A stretch of 32,802 bases of DNA from Hyphochytrium catenoides. Taxonomy: Eukaryota > Protista > Hyphochytriomycota. The DNA lies in NCBI GenBank assembly GCA_900088475.1, contig FLMG01002952.1, positions 1 through 32,802 of the forward strand. The letters run 5' to 3'. Positions 1-11,587 of the stretch are shown one piece after another. How positions within the stretch are numbered: position 1 is the first letter of the stretch; every line of letters begins with the position of its first letter. The translations under genes and the position numbers were made by a program. The notes below the pieces were generated by a model. That model was given only the letters and a program-made list of their open reading frames with translations. It made no database searches and had not been told where the DNA came from.

Positions 1-96
1 TTTATCTTCTTTCTACTCTTGCATTCTCTTCTGCCTGTCAACAGTTGGTCCCAGTACACTCTGCACCGTCAAAAGGTCTCGACACCTTTGGCTCAC

Positions 97-2070
97 CTTC
101 ATGATGTAGGAGACGCTGTTGATAAGCACATAGCTGCACTTCATCCCCTGCGCCGCTAAGGTCTTCAGAAGCTTTCTGCCCTCCATTAGCGGCCGAGAGT
201 CAACGACGATGACACGGATGGACTTGCCCTGCTCATGCGCCTTCCTTAAGAGCGTTTCTACGACGTAGGACCTGCAGCACAAAGTGTCAGAGGTGGAAGT
301 GGCTTCACGCAGAGTCCAGACCGTAGGCACCGAAGACAAGAGGATCACTCCTAACCTTGCGTAAGTGAGAATCACATCTCCGTCCTCTATCTTTGATAAG
401 GCGTTTTCGGCGATAACACCGTCCGCCACAGTGATTCTCTCCTACCGGATCAGTCAGTCAGCGCCGTTAGAAGAAAGAAAGAACACGGAGAGACAGAGAG
501 AGAGAGAGAGAGATCTAGAAGTATATACTCTGGGAACCATCCGCATAAGAGATTTCTTAACCATGGAAGGGTCAACGCAGGGAGAGGGGGAACCAGACAG
601 GCAGAGAGAGAAAGATAAAGAGCAACCTCACCTGGATGAAAGTATCGATTTGATCACAGATGTACTGCTTCGCCTCCTTCTCTGGCTTGTCAGGCGGCAC
701 ACTTGCGATAACATGTCTGACGTGCTAAGAAGAGACAGGCAGTGAGGTAGAAGGCGCTTTGTGAGACCGATACCTAGGAGCGCAACTTTTTGAACTGAAG
801 AGGAAAGAAGGTTTGAAGAAGAGTTACTCTAGGGAACAAGTCTCCCCGTCATCAACGTTCATTAGAACAAAGAAAGGAAGGAGGCGCAGCATAGACTAAG
901 ATGAGAAAGAGAGAGATGACATCAAAGGCAGGGATGCCAGGTAAATAGAAAGTGGGAGAATTACAATGCAAAACAGAGTAGGTTTGGATACCGAAGAGGC
1001 GAGATGTGGGCCAGGCAGCGAGAGAAAGAGACACGTGTCAGTCTGGCAGGGAAGAGAGAACCTTTATGGCATTGCCCATGCTGACGGAGTGAGGCCGGCA
1101 GTCAATGAGGAACTGAATCAGAGGCTTTAGCTTCTTGTCCAAGTCCCAGCTCAAAGCCTGTCTCGTGAACAGAGAGGAATCAGATCAAGTTGGAACCCTT
1201 AAGGGGGGCTGTCATGTCAAGGAACACTCTTGTTTGTCTTCCGCTCTGGGTCTCTCTGTCTTTTTCTCTCTCTCTCTCTCTTTGTCTCTCTCTCTCTCAC
1301 TCTCTCGCTCTTCTAGTTTCCTTACCTTGTCCGGCGGGGTCTCATAGTCCTCGATAACGTCCTTGAAGGCGTTCAGCATGCCAATACACCGAGCGTTTCC
1401 TCCCATCAGAGACCCATCCGCGTACTTCAGCCCAAGAGAGAGAATAGAGGGATGGATAACTTCATTCTACGAGAGACAGCAGTTAATACAGCGTGTGGGA
1501 GCGAGGAGGGACCAGCTGGAGAGAGGGGAGAGATAAAAAGAGAGAGAGGGAGACAAAGAGAGAGAGAAAGAGAAAGAAAGAGAGAGAGAGAAGGAAAGAG
1601 AGAGAGAGCAAAGCAGACGTAACTGGAGTCAGAGAGAGAGAGGGAGACACAGGGAGAGAGAGACACCTTAAGCAGGAGCTGAGAGAGTGGACAGATAGGG
1701 AAGCAACCCATTCTCAGCGCTTACCTTTGAAAAGCCCACGTTCAGAGAGAGAGAGCTTTCTCTCTCATACTGAGGAAGATGTGAGAAGAGAGGGACCTGG
1801 AAACGGAAAGGGAGAACCGTCAATACCAAGAAGAGAGACACAAAGTCAAACCCTAAGGGCTACGACGTTTAGGTGACAATGGCAAACAAGGGAAGAGAGA
1901 GAGAAGTTCGTTGCCTGGGAAGAGAGAGACAAAACGAGAGAAAGCCATAGAGCGATAGAAGAAGAGAGCCTCCTAGGAGAGAGTGAATGCCCAATCCTGA
2001 GAATAGCGGAGACGTTATCGTTGTGGAAAGGTTGCGAAACTGGGAACATGACAGGAGAAGAAGTAAGTGA

Positions 2071-2107
<37 letters not shown>

Positions 2108-2794
2108 GGACGAAGAGAAAGTAAGAGATTATGGAGAGCTTGAGAGCTCTCAGCACCTGCTTCTGTGTGTGGGTCCGCTGCACGATGTTTCCCTTGCCCT
2201 TCTTCTCTTTCTTGTCTGTGTCTCCTGGGAGAGAAGAGAGAGACGAGGTGGAAGGGCCAGAAGGTGTTCCTCTCCCTTGCGAAGAGGAAGGAGCATTGCT
2301 AGCTCCTGCGCTCCCGCCTGCCGCTCTGGCAGCCTTCGCGGCTCTCTCCGCCTCCTGCTTCGCTCTGCGCTCCGCCTTGGTCAGGACCTTCTTCTCCTTG
2401 ACGACCACACCAGGAGGAGGACCTCGATCTGTGTGATAGACTCTCAGGTTACTAGAGAGAGTGTCTAGGCCCCTCTCCTCTCTCTTTCTCTCTTCGTCTT
2501 CAGTGTTCTCCTCTCTCTCTTCCTCTTTCTCTCCCTCTCTATGTCTCTCCAAGGAGACGTAGAGTCCTCTCCTCCTCTCTGTCTATCCTGAGCCTGCGAA
2601 GCCCTTGATCTTTTCGTAGCTGCTTGCTCTCTCTCTTTCTCTCTCTCTTCCTCTCTCTCTCTTTCTTTCTCTCTCTCNNNNNNNNNNNNNNNNNNNNNNN
2701 NNNNNNNNNNNNNNNNNNNNNNNNNNNNNNNNNNNNNNNNNNCCGCTTTCTTGTCCGCCTTCTTAGGTGGTGCGTCACTGTTAGGGTTATCCAT
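97..2794 (-). CDS. EIF2B4: Translation initiation factor eIF2B subunit delta, 5' portion (gene continues off the left edge)
   Basis: Exons, in transcript order: 2794-2743 (donor in N gap), 2428-2157, 1796-1725, 1466-1326, 1157-1062, 724-632, 441-356, 271-97. Phases are consistent and the visible junctions are GT-AG. Translation has delta-subunit hallmarks: TKAERRAKQEAERAAK, VPLFSHLPQY, IHPSILSLGLKYADG..GGNARCIGML, FLIDCRPHSVSMGNAIK, IEDGDVILTYARS, RVIVVDSRPLMEG. Confidence 0.95.
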
Positions 2795-2989
2795 CACCAA
2801 CAGAGAAAAAGAGAGGAATGCACCACCTCGGACTCGCTTCTTCTTCTTCTCCCTCTCTCTCTCTCTTTCTCTCTCTCCCACTTGCCCGGATTTCTGAAGA
2901 TTTATTTGGGGAGGGGAAAGAAAGCAAGTCTGAGAGCAGGAGAAGGGATGAAGATAGGAATGGGAAGCTGGAGAAAGTGCCCTTTCCCG

Positions 2990-3320
2990 ATCTGCGCTTT
3001 CTCTCCTCTCTCTTGCTATTGGAAGCTTGCTTCCTTTACCGCTCTTCTTTCTCCTCTCTCCATACGGGCTTCTTTCGTCTTTACCTCTCTCTCCCTCTCT
3101 CTCTCTTTCTCTTCTCTCTCTCTCTCCCTCTCTCTCCCTCTCCCACTCTCTCTCTCTGCTACTCTCTCTCTCTCTCTCTCTCTCTCACNNNNNNNNNNNN
3201 NNNNNNNNNNNNNNNNNNNNNNNNNCTCTCTCTCTCTCTCTCTCTCCCTCTCTCTCCCTCTCCATCTCCCTCTCTCTGTTACTCTCTGCTACTCTCTCTC
3301 TGTTACTCTCTCTCTCTCAG

Positions 3321-3358
<38 letters not shown>

Positions 3359-3380
3359 TCTCTCCCTCGCTCCCCTCTTC
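2990..3380. repeat. (CT)n/(GA)n microsatellite block, representative of many
   Basis: Long imperfect CT tract with an N gap. Similar tracts lie at ~4430-4740, 5880-6300, 11270-11580, 15415-15985 and 17280-17420, and in most introns. Confidence 0.95.
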
Positions 3381-4019
3381 ATATCGCTCTGCTGATTTTC
3401 TGTCCAGCCAAGATACAAGCGAGATGGCTAGAACAACCAGCCCTCCCCCTGGACTCTGTCTGATAGTGGCCTAAGGTAGACAAGAAGAGCGTGCAGGAGT
3501 CACAAAAGCATATAGACAGAGCGCTCTTAGTGCAAGTTAACTTATATCTCTAGTGGAGGGAGATACGAGGAGTGGAGGAAGAGGGAGATATAGATATTGA
3601 GATGAGAATCTGCATCTTCATCCTCGGCCATCGGTTCTCTGAAGAAAGCATAAAAAGCTTCATCTGCACTCGAAGCCTGTCATTGCGTTTGCCATTCAAT
3701 AGATGCCCTTTCCCAGGCGATAAATAGAGGTCTTTGCGCCAAGAGACAGGAGTTAGAACCCATAGATCATAGGGTGAAATCTATGTCCTTCCGCTTACTG
3801 CTTCGACAGATCCTATGTGGCCTTTTCATCATCCTCGAAAGTGAGGGAGAGCATGGGAGAGAGATAGAGAGACAGCAAAGAAGAAAAGAAGGCTGTCTGT
3901 CCCTGTGAAAAGAAAGAAAAGACCAGAGGGAGAGCGTAAGATGGACAGGATGCCGAGACGTTTGGGGGTACTATTGCTCAGACTCTCTTGTCAATAGATA
4001 ATGTATGACTCTTCAGTCA

Positions 4020-4549
4020 CTAAGCGATAGTACAACGGCTCCTCTCTCCTGTCTCGTTCTCTTGTTGACCACGCTCTCTCTCTTCCCTCCTCCTTCCACT
4101 CTCGGTCCCTGACGTGGAGATGGCGCTCATCTTCTCTTTGTGGAGCATTCTCTTCTCTTCTTCTTCCTCCTTCTGGTCTAAGAGAGACAGAGGAATGCCA
4201 TACGTTGCTGCTTGCTTCTCTCTCTGCTCTTGTTGGATTATCTTCTTCAAAACTGCGCCCTCGTCTCTCTTGGACGCTAAGATGTGAAAGGAATAAGGAA
4301 AGAGAAGAAACGGTGTGAGTAGAGAGAGAAAGAGCAGGCAGCGGGGAAGAGAGAGAGAGAGAGGGAGAGAGAGAGAGACAACGTTTAGCGAAGGGAAGGC
4401 GGGACTCTTCTTTGGCGCTTTGGAGCATCTCCTTTCTGTTTCTCTTCTGTCTTTTCCTGGTTGCCTCTCTCTTTCTCTCGCGTTGTCACTCTCTCATTTC
4501 TCTCCAAGCCTGATTCTCTCTCGCCCTCTTCCCCATTTCTTATCTATTC

Positions 4550-4596
<47 letters not shown>

Positions 4597-4994
4597 TCTC
4601 ACTCCCATTCTCGCTCCTTTCTATCGTTCTCATCTCTCTCTCTCTCTCTCATGAGTCTTTCTCTCTCCTCTCTTGCCCTCTCTCCACTCTCTGTCTGTCT
4701 TTCTCTCTCTCTGTGTCTGTGTCTCCCCCACCCTCTTCTCCTTTCATTCGAGAGACTGCTCACCTAGCATGTTGGCTGCCGCCTCTTCTTCTTCCGTCAC
4801 TCGGACCTCGAAGTCCGGTGGCCGGGTCCATCTGTCTTCTCCTGTCTCTGTGTTATGATAGTACACCGCGCCCTGCGCCGTCTGTGCCTCCACCCAGCGG
4901 CGTCTCTCTCCTCTTTTTGGTCTCTCTTTCTCTCTCTCTTTCTCTCTCTTCTCCTTCTGATANNNNNNNNNNNNNNNNNNNNNNNNNNNNNNNN

Positions 4995-5028
<34 letters not shown>

Positions 5029-5505
5029 AGAAGGAGGGGGGAACAAAGAGAGAGACACAAAGAGAAGGGGACAAGAGAGACCAGGGAGAAACAAAGATAG
5101 ACAAAGAAAGAAAGAGAGAGGCACATTCTGGAAAAGGAAAGACGCGGAGATAGGAGAAAGATCCAAACGAAGAAACAGCGATGCACAGAAGAAGCGTTAG
5201 AAACTGAAGGAGTTTGAGGTCGAAGCAGCAACAAAGGAGAGAGAGAAGAGAGAGGAGAGCGACAGAGAGGGAGGAAGTGGAGACAGAGAGAGACACAGAG
5301 AGGTAGATAGATAGATGGACGGAAGAGAGAGAGAGAAAGAGAGAGAACAACCTTTACCTATGACAGTCTTACAAAGGGAGCAGGTCCCTGTCTGCTGCAC
5401 GTCGTCGCGGGGCAGATTGACTTTGCAGTTCGGACACTTGATGAATCGGTCCGCCAGGCTCGAGACAGAGGAGCCATTGGCGCCGCGCAGTTGTTGGAGG
5501 GACAT
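4020..5505 (-). CDS. Uncharacterised protein with an N-terminal CxxC..CxxC zinc-finger-like motif, a WW domain and a C-terminal CaaX box
   Basis: Exon 5505-5358 (MSLQ..CPNC-x14-CSLC, donor GTAAAG). An exon from the N gap (~4962) to 4764 holds a canonical WW motif, WVEAQTAQGAVYYHNTETGEDRWTRP (donor GTGAGC). The last exon, 4276-4020, is in matching phase and ends ...RSRCTIA-TAG. The exon 1 to WW junction crosses the gap at 4963-4994 and cannot be verified. Confidence 0.75.
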
Positions 5506-5531
5506 CCTATCTTACTTCTCTCTCTCTCTTC

Positions 5532-5562
<31 letters not shown>

Positions 5563-5772
5563 TTCTGTACCTTTTACAGTCTATAAAGGAAGCTGCCCAG
5601 GATCTTTCCATCAGAGCAATCATCAACTGGCCATCCAGCCGCCCTCTCACCCTTTGCTCTCTCTCTCTTTCTCACTCTCTCTCTTCTCTCTCTCTCTGTC
5701 TGCTGGCTCTCTCTTGTCTCCCTTCCTCTCTCTCTCTCTCTCTCTCTCTCCTCTCCTTTCTCTCTCTCTCGT

Positions 5773-6455
5773 TTAGGCTCCGCTGTCTAGAGAGATCGTC
5801 AACACCTCAATCGCGTCCTCAAATGCTGTGAGTTCTGATGGCGCTAGCCGGTAACGGGCATCAAAGGAACTTGAAGGACATTAGCTGAGAGCAGAGAGAG
5901 AGGAGAGAGAGAGACGGAGAGAGAGCGAGAGAGAGCACGATGGGGGGAGAGAGAGAAAGAGAANNNNNNNNNNNNNNNNNNNNNNNNNNNNNNNNNNNNN
6001 NNNNNNNNNNNNNNNNNNNNNNNNAGAGAGAGAGAGAGAGAAGAGAGAGGAAAGAGAGCGCGCGCGCACGAGAGAGAGAGAGAACAGAGAGAGAGGGAGG
6101 AGGAAGGGAAGAGAGAGGAGAGAGAGAGATAAAAGAAGAAGAGGGAAGAGAGAGGGAGGGGGGAGGAAGAGAGAGGAGCAGAGAGAGGAAGCTGGGTAGA
6201 GAAGAAAGACCAGGAGAAAGGAGAGAGTATTCACGTGAGGAGGGGAAGAGGAAAAGCGAGAAAGTAAGAGAGAGAGGAGAGGAGATGAAGCGCGAAGGAT
6301 TAGAAGAGCAGCTTAATCACAGGTCTGAAGAAACGCCCGTCCTTCCCTTTCTCTCTCTACGGCCGAGAAAGATGATCAAAGAAGTCTAGCCATGAACATG
6401 TTCTAGATTTATCCTTACTGCTAGTCGCTAGTATAGACCCCACTGGTTGGGTCTG
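5773..6455 (-). CDS. Candidate alternative or additional 3' exons of the MYB gene (6455-6361 and 5869-5773)
   Basis: Both follow long sense-strand (CT)n tracts ending in AG (the second has CTAAT upstream). With a phase-0 donor after 6840 they give an open frame, QTQPVGSILATSSKDKSRTCSWLDFFDHLSRP-SFDARYRLAPSELTAFEDAIEVLTISLDSGA-TAA. The donors (GTCACG, GTAGAG) and the AAG acceptor are weak. Confidence 0.4.
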
Positions 6456-6468
6456 CTGTACACGGAGT

Positions 6469-6522
<54 letters not shown>

Positions 6523-6797
6523 AGAAGGAAGACGGTGACGAAGGCGACGGAGAAAAATCATCCGCGACCCGTGATTAAGAGACTCAGAGAAAGGGAGAGG
6601 AAAAGAGAGAGAGAGAGAGATCATAAACTTAAGGGTCACACCTATGCTAAAGTGTGCTTCTCCGCCAGGGAACAGCGACAGCTCCTCTTTCTCCTTACAT
6701 ATCACGAAAGGAAGAGACTTTCTTAAAGATCTCTCCCTGTGTCCTCTCTCTCTCTCTCTTTCCGCCACCGCCTGTCTTCGCCTGTATGGGAAGGGCA

Positions 6798-7129
6798 CTA
6801 GAGGTCAGAGTCTCCCCATCCAAGAAAGGACGACGTGACCTCTTCCAAAGGAGAAGACTGGATCCTCGTCTCGGAGGCCTTACTCTCTCCCGCGGAGAGA
6901 GAAGAAGGATGTGGATGAGCGGCATAGTGAGGCACGAACTCTGTGTCATACGGATGAGAGTGAGCCCAGCTGTCCATCTCAGGCATGGAGAAGTGTTTGA
7001 AGCCTCCACCACCGCCACCGCCAGCTAGCACATACTTTTGCGGCTGCGGCTGCTGGGACGTTGCTTTCATTGGCAGTGGCGGCCGATGGGAAAAGTAAGC
7101 TGAAGAAAGAGCGACAGAGAAAGGAAAGA

Positions 7130-7164
<35 letters not shown>

Positions 7165-9807
7165 GGAGCAGAAGTGGGAAGGTGCGTTAGTGCTTCGCCT
7201 AGCAAATAAAGGTTCCTGGTTCTCTCGCATTATATCCCCTCAAGACTACCTCGTAAGACTCAGCTGACACATAAAGTCTGACATCCTCTCTCTTTCTCTC
7301 TCTCTCTTTTTAGCTACCTCTTCAGCTCCTGTGCTCTTTTTTCCCCTTTATATCAACTTCTCTCCGTCTCTCTCTTCTGTCGCGCTCTCTCATCTCTAGC
7401 TCCCTTTCTCCCCCGCTTCGCCCTACAAATCTGTCTCCGCTCATAGAAAATCTTTCTTTCTGCGCTCTTTCTCTTAGCTGTAGGACCATCTTATCACTCT
7501 TTCTCACCTTGAGGATCTTCTGTCTCCACCAGTGAATGCTGCATCGCCTGCTGATTGGCAGCGTGATGATGGTAGTTCCTCAAGAGTGTATTATGGGAGA
7601 CAGAAGGGAAGGATTGTGGATGTGAAGAAGGAGAGGGATGGGAAGAGAGAGAAGGGTGAGAGAGAGAGGAGAGAGATGCCACTCTCTCCTGCGGTTGCTG
7701 CTGCTGAAAGACTGCTTGCTGCCTCATCATAGCTGGAGAATATCCAGCTGATCCATGAAAGAGCCCTGGATGGACAAGTCGCTGGATTTGAGAGGACGGG
7801 GGCGCTGCTGAGAGAGAAGAAGGGAGAGAAGGAGAGAGAGAGGAAGAGAAAGAAGTGGGAGGAGGATGCCCATTGCCTGTGAACTCGTGATGGTACATCA
7901 GAGCGGTGTGTTCCAGCTCATAGTCCATCGGTCCGCCTGCCGTCTCAGGATGTCCCAAACCACGGGAAGACGCAAAGAAGTCTGTTCCATCGCCAGAGAG
8001 AGAATAAGGCGGGAGAGAGAATCTTCCATCTGGTGCGAAGAAGGCTCCGGCAGGAAGAGTAGAAGCCGGTTCGAAGCTGTCTCTCTGAGGCAGAAAGGAA
8101 GATGAAAGAGAGAGAGAGAGAGAGAGACCGGAAAAAGATGTCAGCTTACAGCCGTGTCATATTTGGCCTCCAGTAAACATTAGATATCAGAGACGTGGCA
8201 ACCCGAGAGCTTGGTCAGCAGGCAAATGTCAGAGATGACTGAAAGCGATTGCGAAGGAGTGCAGAGTGATAAACGGAAGAGACCTGCCACGAGAGAGAGA
8301 AAAGAGAGAGAGAGAGAGAGAGAGGTCGAGAGAGACACAGAAAGAAGGCAGCAAACGCGGCTCACCTTGTTTCCTATACCGAGAGATTGTGGAGAGTCGG
8401 TCCCTGAAGAATCACTAAAGATGTCAGAGCGAGAGCGCTTTCTAGGTCTTCCCAGCATTGCCATGTGAGCAGTGAGCGCAGCGGTGGGAGAGGGGCCAGA
8501 GAGTGAAGCCGTAGAGCCCTCTCTCTCCGTTGAAGAAGAAGTGGAAGTTGTTGGGAAGATGGGAATGTTTGGTCTGTTCTTGTTGCTCTCCATCTCAGGA
8601 AAGTTTGCTGTGAGAGAGAGAAAAGGACGGCGGCAGACAACAGTGAGATCGGTAAAGGGAGAGGCGTTGTAGGACAGGGAAGAAGAGAGAGAAAGAGAGA
8701 GTTAGCATCTGATGAGCATGCCCGTGCCCTTGTAGAGGTGGTGGCACCGCTCATCAGAGCTTGTGACGTAAAATTATAAGAAAGAGCCGCAGGGCGGGAA
8801 GATGCATAATATGAGCTCTCATTACTGATCAAGGAAGCAAAAAAGCGAGAGAGAGAGAAGGAGAGAAAAGTGTGGGAGAAGAAGCGTACGATGTCGAGGT
8901 GCAATCCCTCGTCCTATTGATCCTTTTCTCACTGCCTGGCGCTGCAGTCGTCTCATGGTCGACTAATATCTGTTCTTGATAGCGTTATCCGTCCTGCAGG
9001 AGAGAGAAGACCGACAGAGATGAGAAGGAGACAGGTCCCGTCAATGTCTCCTCCATCAAGAAACCTCTAGAAGTAACGTAATCTCTCTCTTAGCCCTTCC
9101 CCGCCTTCTTTCCCTCTCTCTCTCTCCCTCTCCCCCTTTTTTCCTCTCTTTTCTCCCCGCCCTCTTCTCTCTCTCTCTCTCTTTCTCTCAATTTCTTCGG
9201 CCACCGTTAATCGAGGTTTCTTACCCACGATAACTCTCTCTATATTCCTCTTTCCGGTTTTTGTTGGTGCATCTCCTTCGTCTTCTCTCTCTCTCTCTCT
9301 CTCGTTTTTCCCTCTTTATCTCTCCGCCTTGTTCATTCCTCGTCTTCTTTTTCTCGTCTCCCACCTTCCTGGCAGCAGTTTGGCGATCTCTGCCCACTGG
9401 TTGCCAACTCTCTTATGATATTCAAAGATAATGAAGTCTTCCTCCTGCGTCCAGGCCTCTTTCCTAACATCAGGGTTCAGATGATTGTGCCATCTCTCTC
9501 TGCATTGTTTCCCGACTCGACCAGGGAGATGCATCGCAATAAGAGACCAGCGCTTGGCGCCATACTGACGAACTAGAGCGAGAAGTTGCTCGTTCTCCTG
9601 AGAAGAGAGTGAAGCAGGGAACAGAGAAAGAGAGAGAGAGAGATATAAGAAGAGTAAACATCTGGCCAAAGAGAAGTGGGGGCTGGTAGGAACAGGACTA
9701 GATAGACGCACATCAGAGAGAACGATCGTTGGCCATGGAAAAGCAGAGACCAAGGGAAGAAAGCATGAACAAATAAAGGATTAGGCGACTGGAAATAGAG
9801 ACGGGGG

Positions 9808-9850
<43 letters not shown>

Positions 9851-10185
9851 CTGCTTCTAACCTCTTTAGACCAGGGTCTTTTGCTTAGAGGCTCCGACGA
9901 CTTGCCATCCTCTCCTTCAATCTTCCCATCGTCTTCTTCCTCTCCGTCTGACTGCTGGTTATTGGGGCCACTGTTGCTCCTCTTTCGCTCGGCTTCTTCC
10001 CCTTTGTCATTGTTATTATTGAGGAGAGAACCAGGAGAAGAAGAGAAAGACTCTGGAGCTTGATCCTCTTCTGGAGAAGGTTCTTGAGGCTTCGTTATTT
10101 CTCTCTCTTCTCCTCCACGCAGGAGAGCTGGCCGAACCTCTGCCTTCAGAAGTTGATGCCTCTCTTGTCCTACTATGCCTTGCAT
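6798..10185 (-). CDS. R2R3-type MYB transcription factor with one in-frame TAG at 8963-8965
   Basis: Exons 10185-9862, 9597-9365, 8993-8890, 8607-8366, 8084-7508, 7099-6798 (1782 nt, all phases consistent). Two Myb repeats: KRPWSKEENEQLLALVRQYGAKRWSLIAMHLPGRVGKQCRERWHNHLNPDV and [47 protein letters not shown]. These are followed by an NLS-like RPRKRSR and a long S/P/Q/H-rich tail. Confidence 0.9.
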
Positions 10186-11556
10186 CGTTAAGTGAAGCCC
10201 AGAGATAGAGAAAGAGAGAGAATGAAGTCTCTCTCCCTTTATCTCTCTTTTGTTTCTCGGTCTCTTACAGCTGCAGCTTCACCCAGCAGCCAATCTATGG
10301 CTACAGATTGGGCAGACCGATGATCGAGAGAGAACGAAGATTTGAAAGGGAGAAAGAACGACTTGGACAAACGCTCTGCTGCTCCGGTCTCTTTCTCTTC
10401 TCTCCTCCTCTCAAAAGCCTCTCTTTCTCTCCTCTTCTCTTTCTCACGCTATTGCCTTCACCTGCTGTCGGATGCGGATCTCTGTCTGAAGAAATGAAGA
10501 CCGCAGATCCGGAAAGCGATTGACCGTTTTCTCCTTCTCTTGCTGCACGTTACTGAGGAAGGCGCGACTTGGCGGCGGCTGTTACATAGCGTTTCTCCCT
10601 AATCGAGAGGAGAAAGAAAGAGAGATATTGTGGTTCTTGGTCTCTCTCTCTCTCATCTCTCCCATACTGACGTGGCGTCTTCTGCTCTCTGTCACGTACT
10701 GCTCTGTCTCTCTCTGTCTCTTTCTCACCTCTTTTACACCGCCGTGCCAGTGAAGGAAGAGATGGCAGGACAGCGCAAGACAGAGAAAGTTTGACGAGAA
10801 AGAGAGAGAAAGAGAGAAGAGAGAAAGAGAGAGAAAAGAAGCGAGCAGTGAAGGGGCGGGGGAGGTTATCGCGGTGTAACAGCAAGACAACTGACTCTCC
10901 CAAAGGAACACTTCCTAAAGGGTGTGAGCCGTTTCTCTTCGCGTTTTGGGGCAACACCGCTAGAGGGAGAGACAGCAAAGGGAGAGACTACACTCCTAAT
11001 CCTCGAGACTCTCTCTCTTCTCTTTCTTCTCTCTCTCTCTCTCTCCTGTCCTCTCCCTCTCAAAAGGGCAATGTGATGCCGGTTGGTACGGCAGAGTGAC
11101 GAGGGAAGAAGACGGGTAGTTCCCGAGACAGCAAAGAGAGTGACCGCGGATTGGAAGCGAGAGGAAGAGGAACCCTTTAGGACTAACGGCGGGTGCAGCA
11201 CGACAGAGGCTGTTGGGCTAACGAAGGATTGAGGGAAGATAACCGGCGAGTGAAGGAAGAGGGAGGCTGATGAATAGGCAAGAGAGAGACAACAGAGAGA
11301 GAGAGAGAGGGACTCATGCGAGAAAGAGACAACAAAGTGACAGAGAGACACACAAAAAGAGGGAGAAAGAGAAAGAGAGAGCAAGAGAGAGGAGGAAAGG
11401 GCAAAAGCATCGTTAAAAAAGGAGCTCGACAGGGTTTTGAGAGCGGAGTCGGGAGTCAGAGAGAGAGGTGAGAGAGAGGCTGAAGGGATAGAAGAGAAGA
11501 GAAAGAGCGAGAGAGCGAGAGCGACAGAGAGANNNNNNNNNNNNNNNNNNNNNNNN

Positions 11557-11587
<31 letters not shown>

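Noticed and set aside
2624-3474. Long SLSLSL/ERERER ORFs here and throughout the ORF track
   Set aside because: These are translations of (CT)n/(GA)n microsatellites, often spanning N gaps, with no domain content.
8730-8826. Possible cassette exon in MYB intron 3 (NESSYYASSRP..)
   Set aside because: Its acceptor phase is incompatible with the upstream donor, and the flanking exons already join in frame without it.
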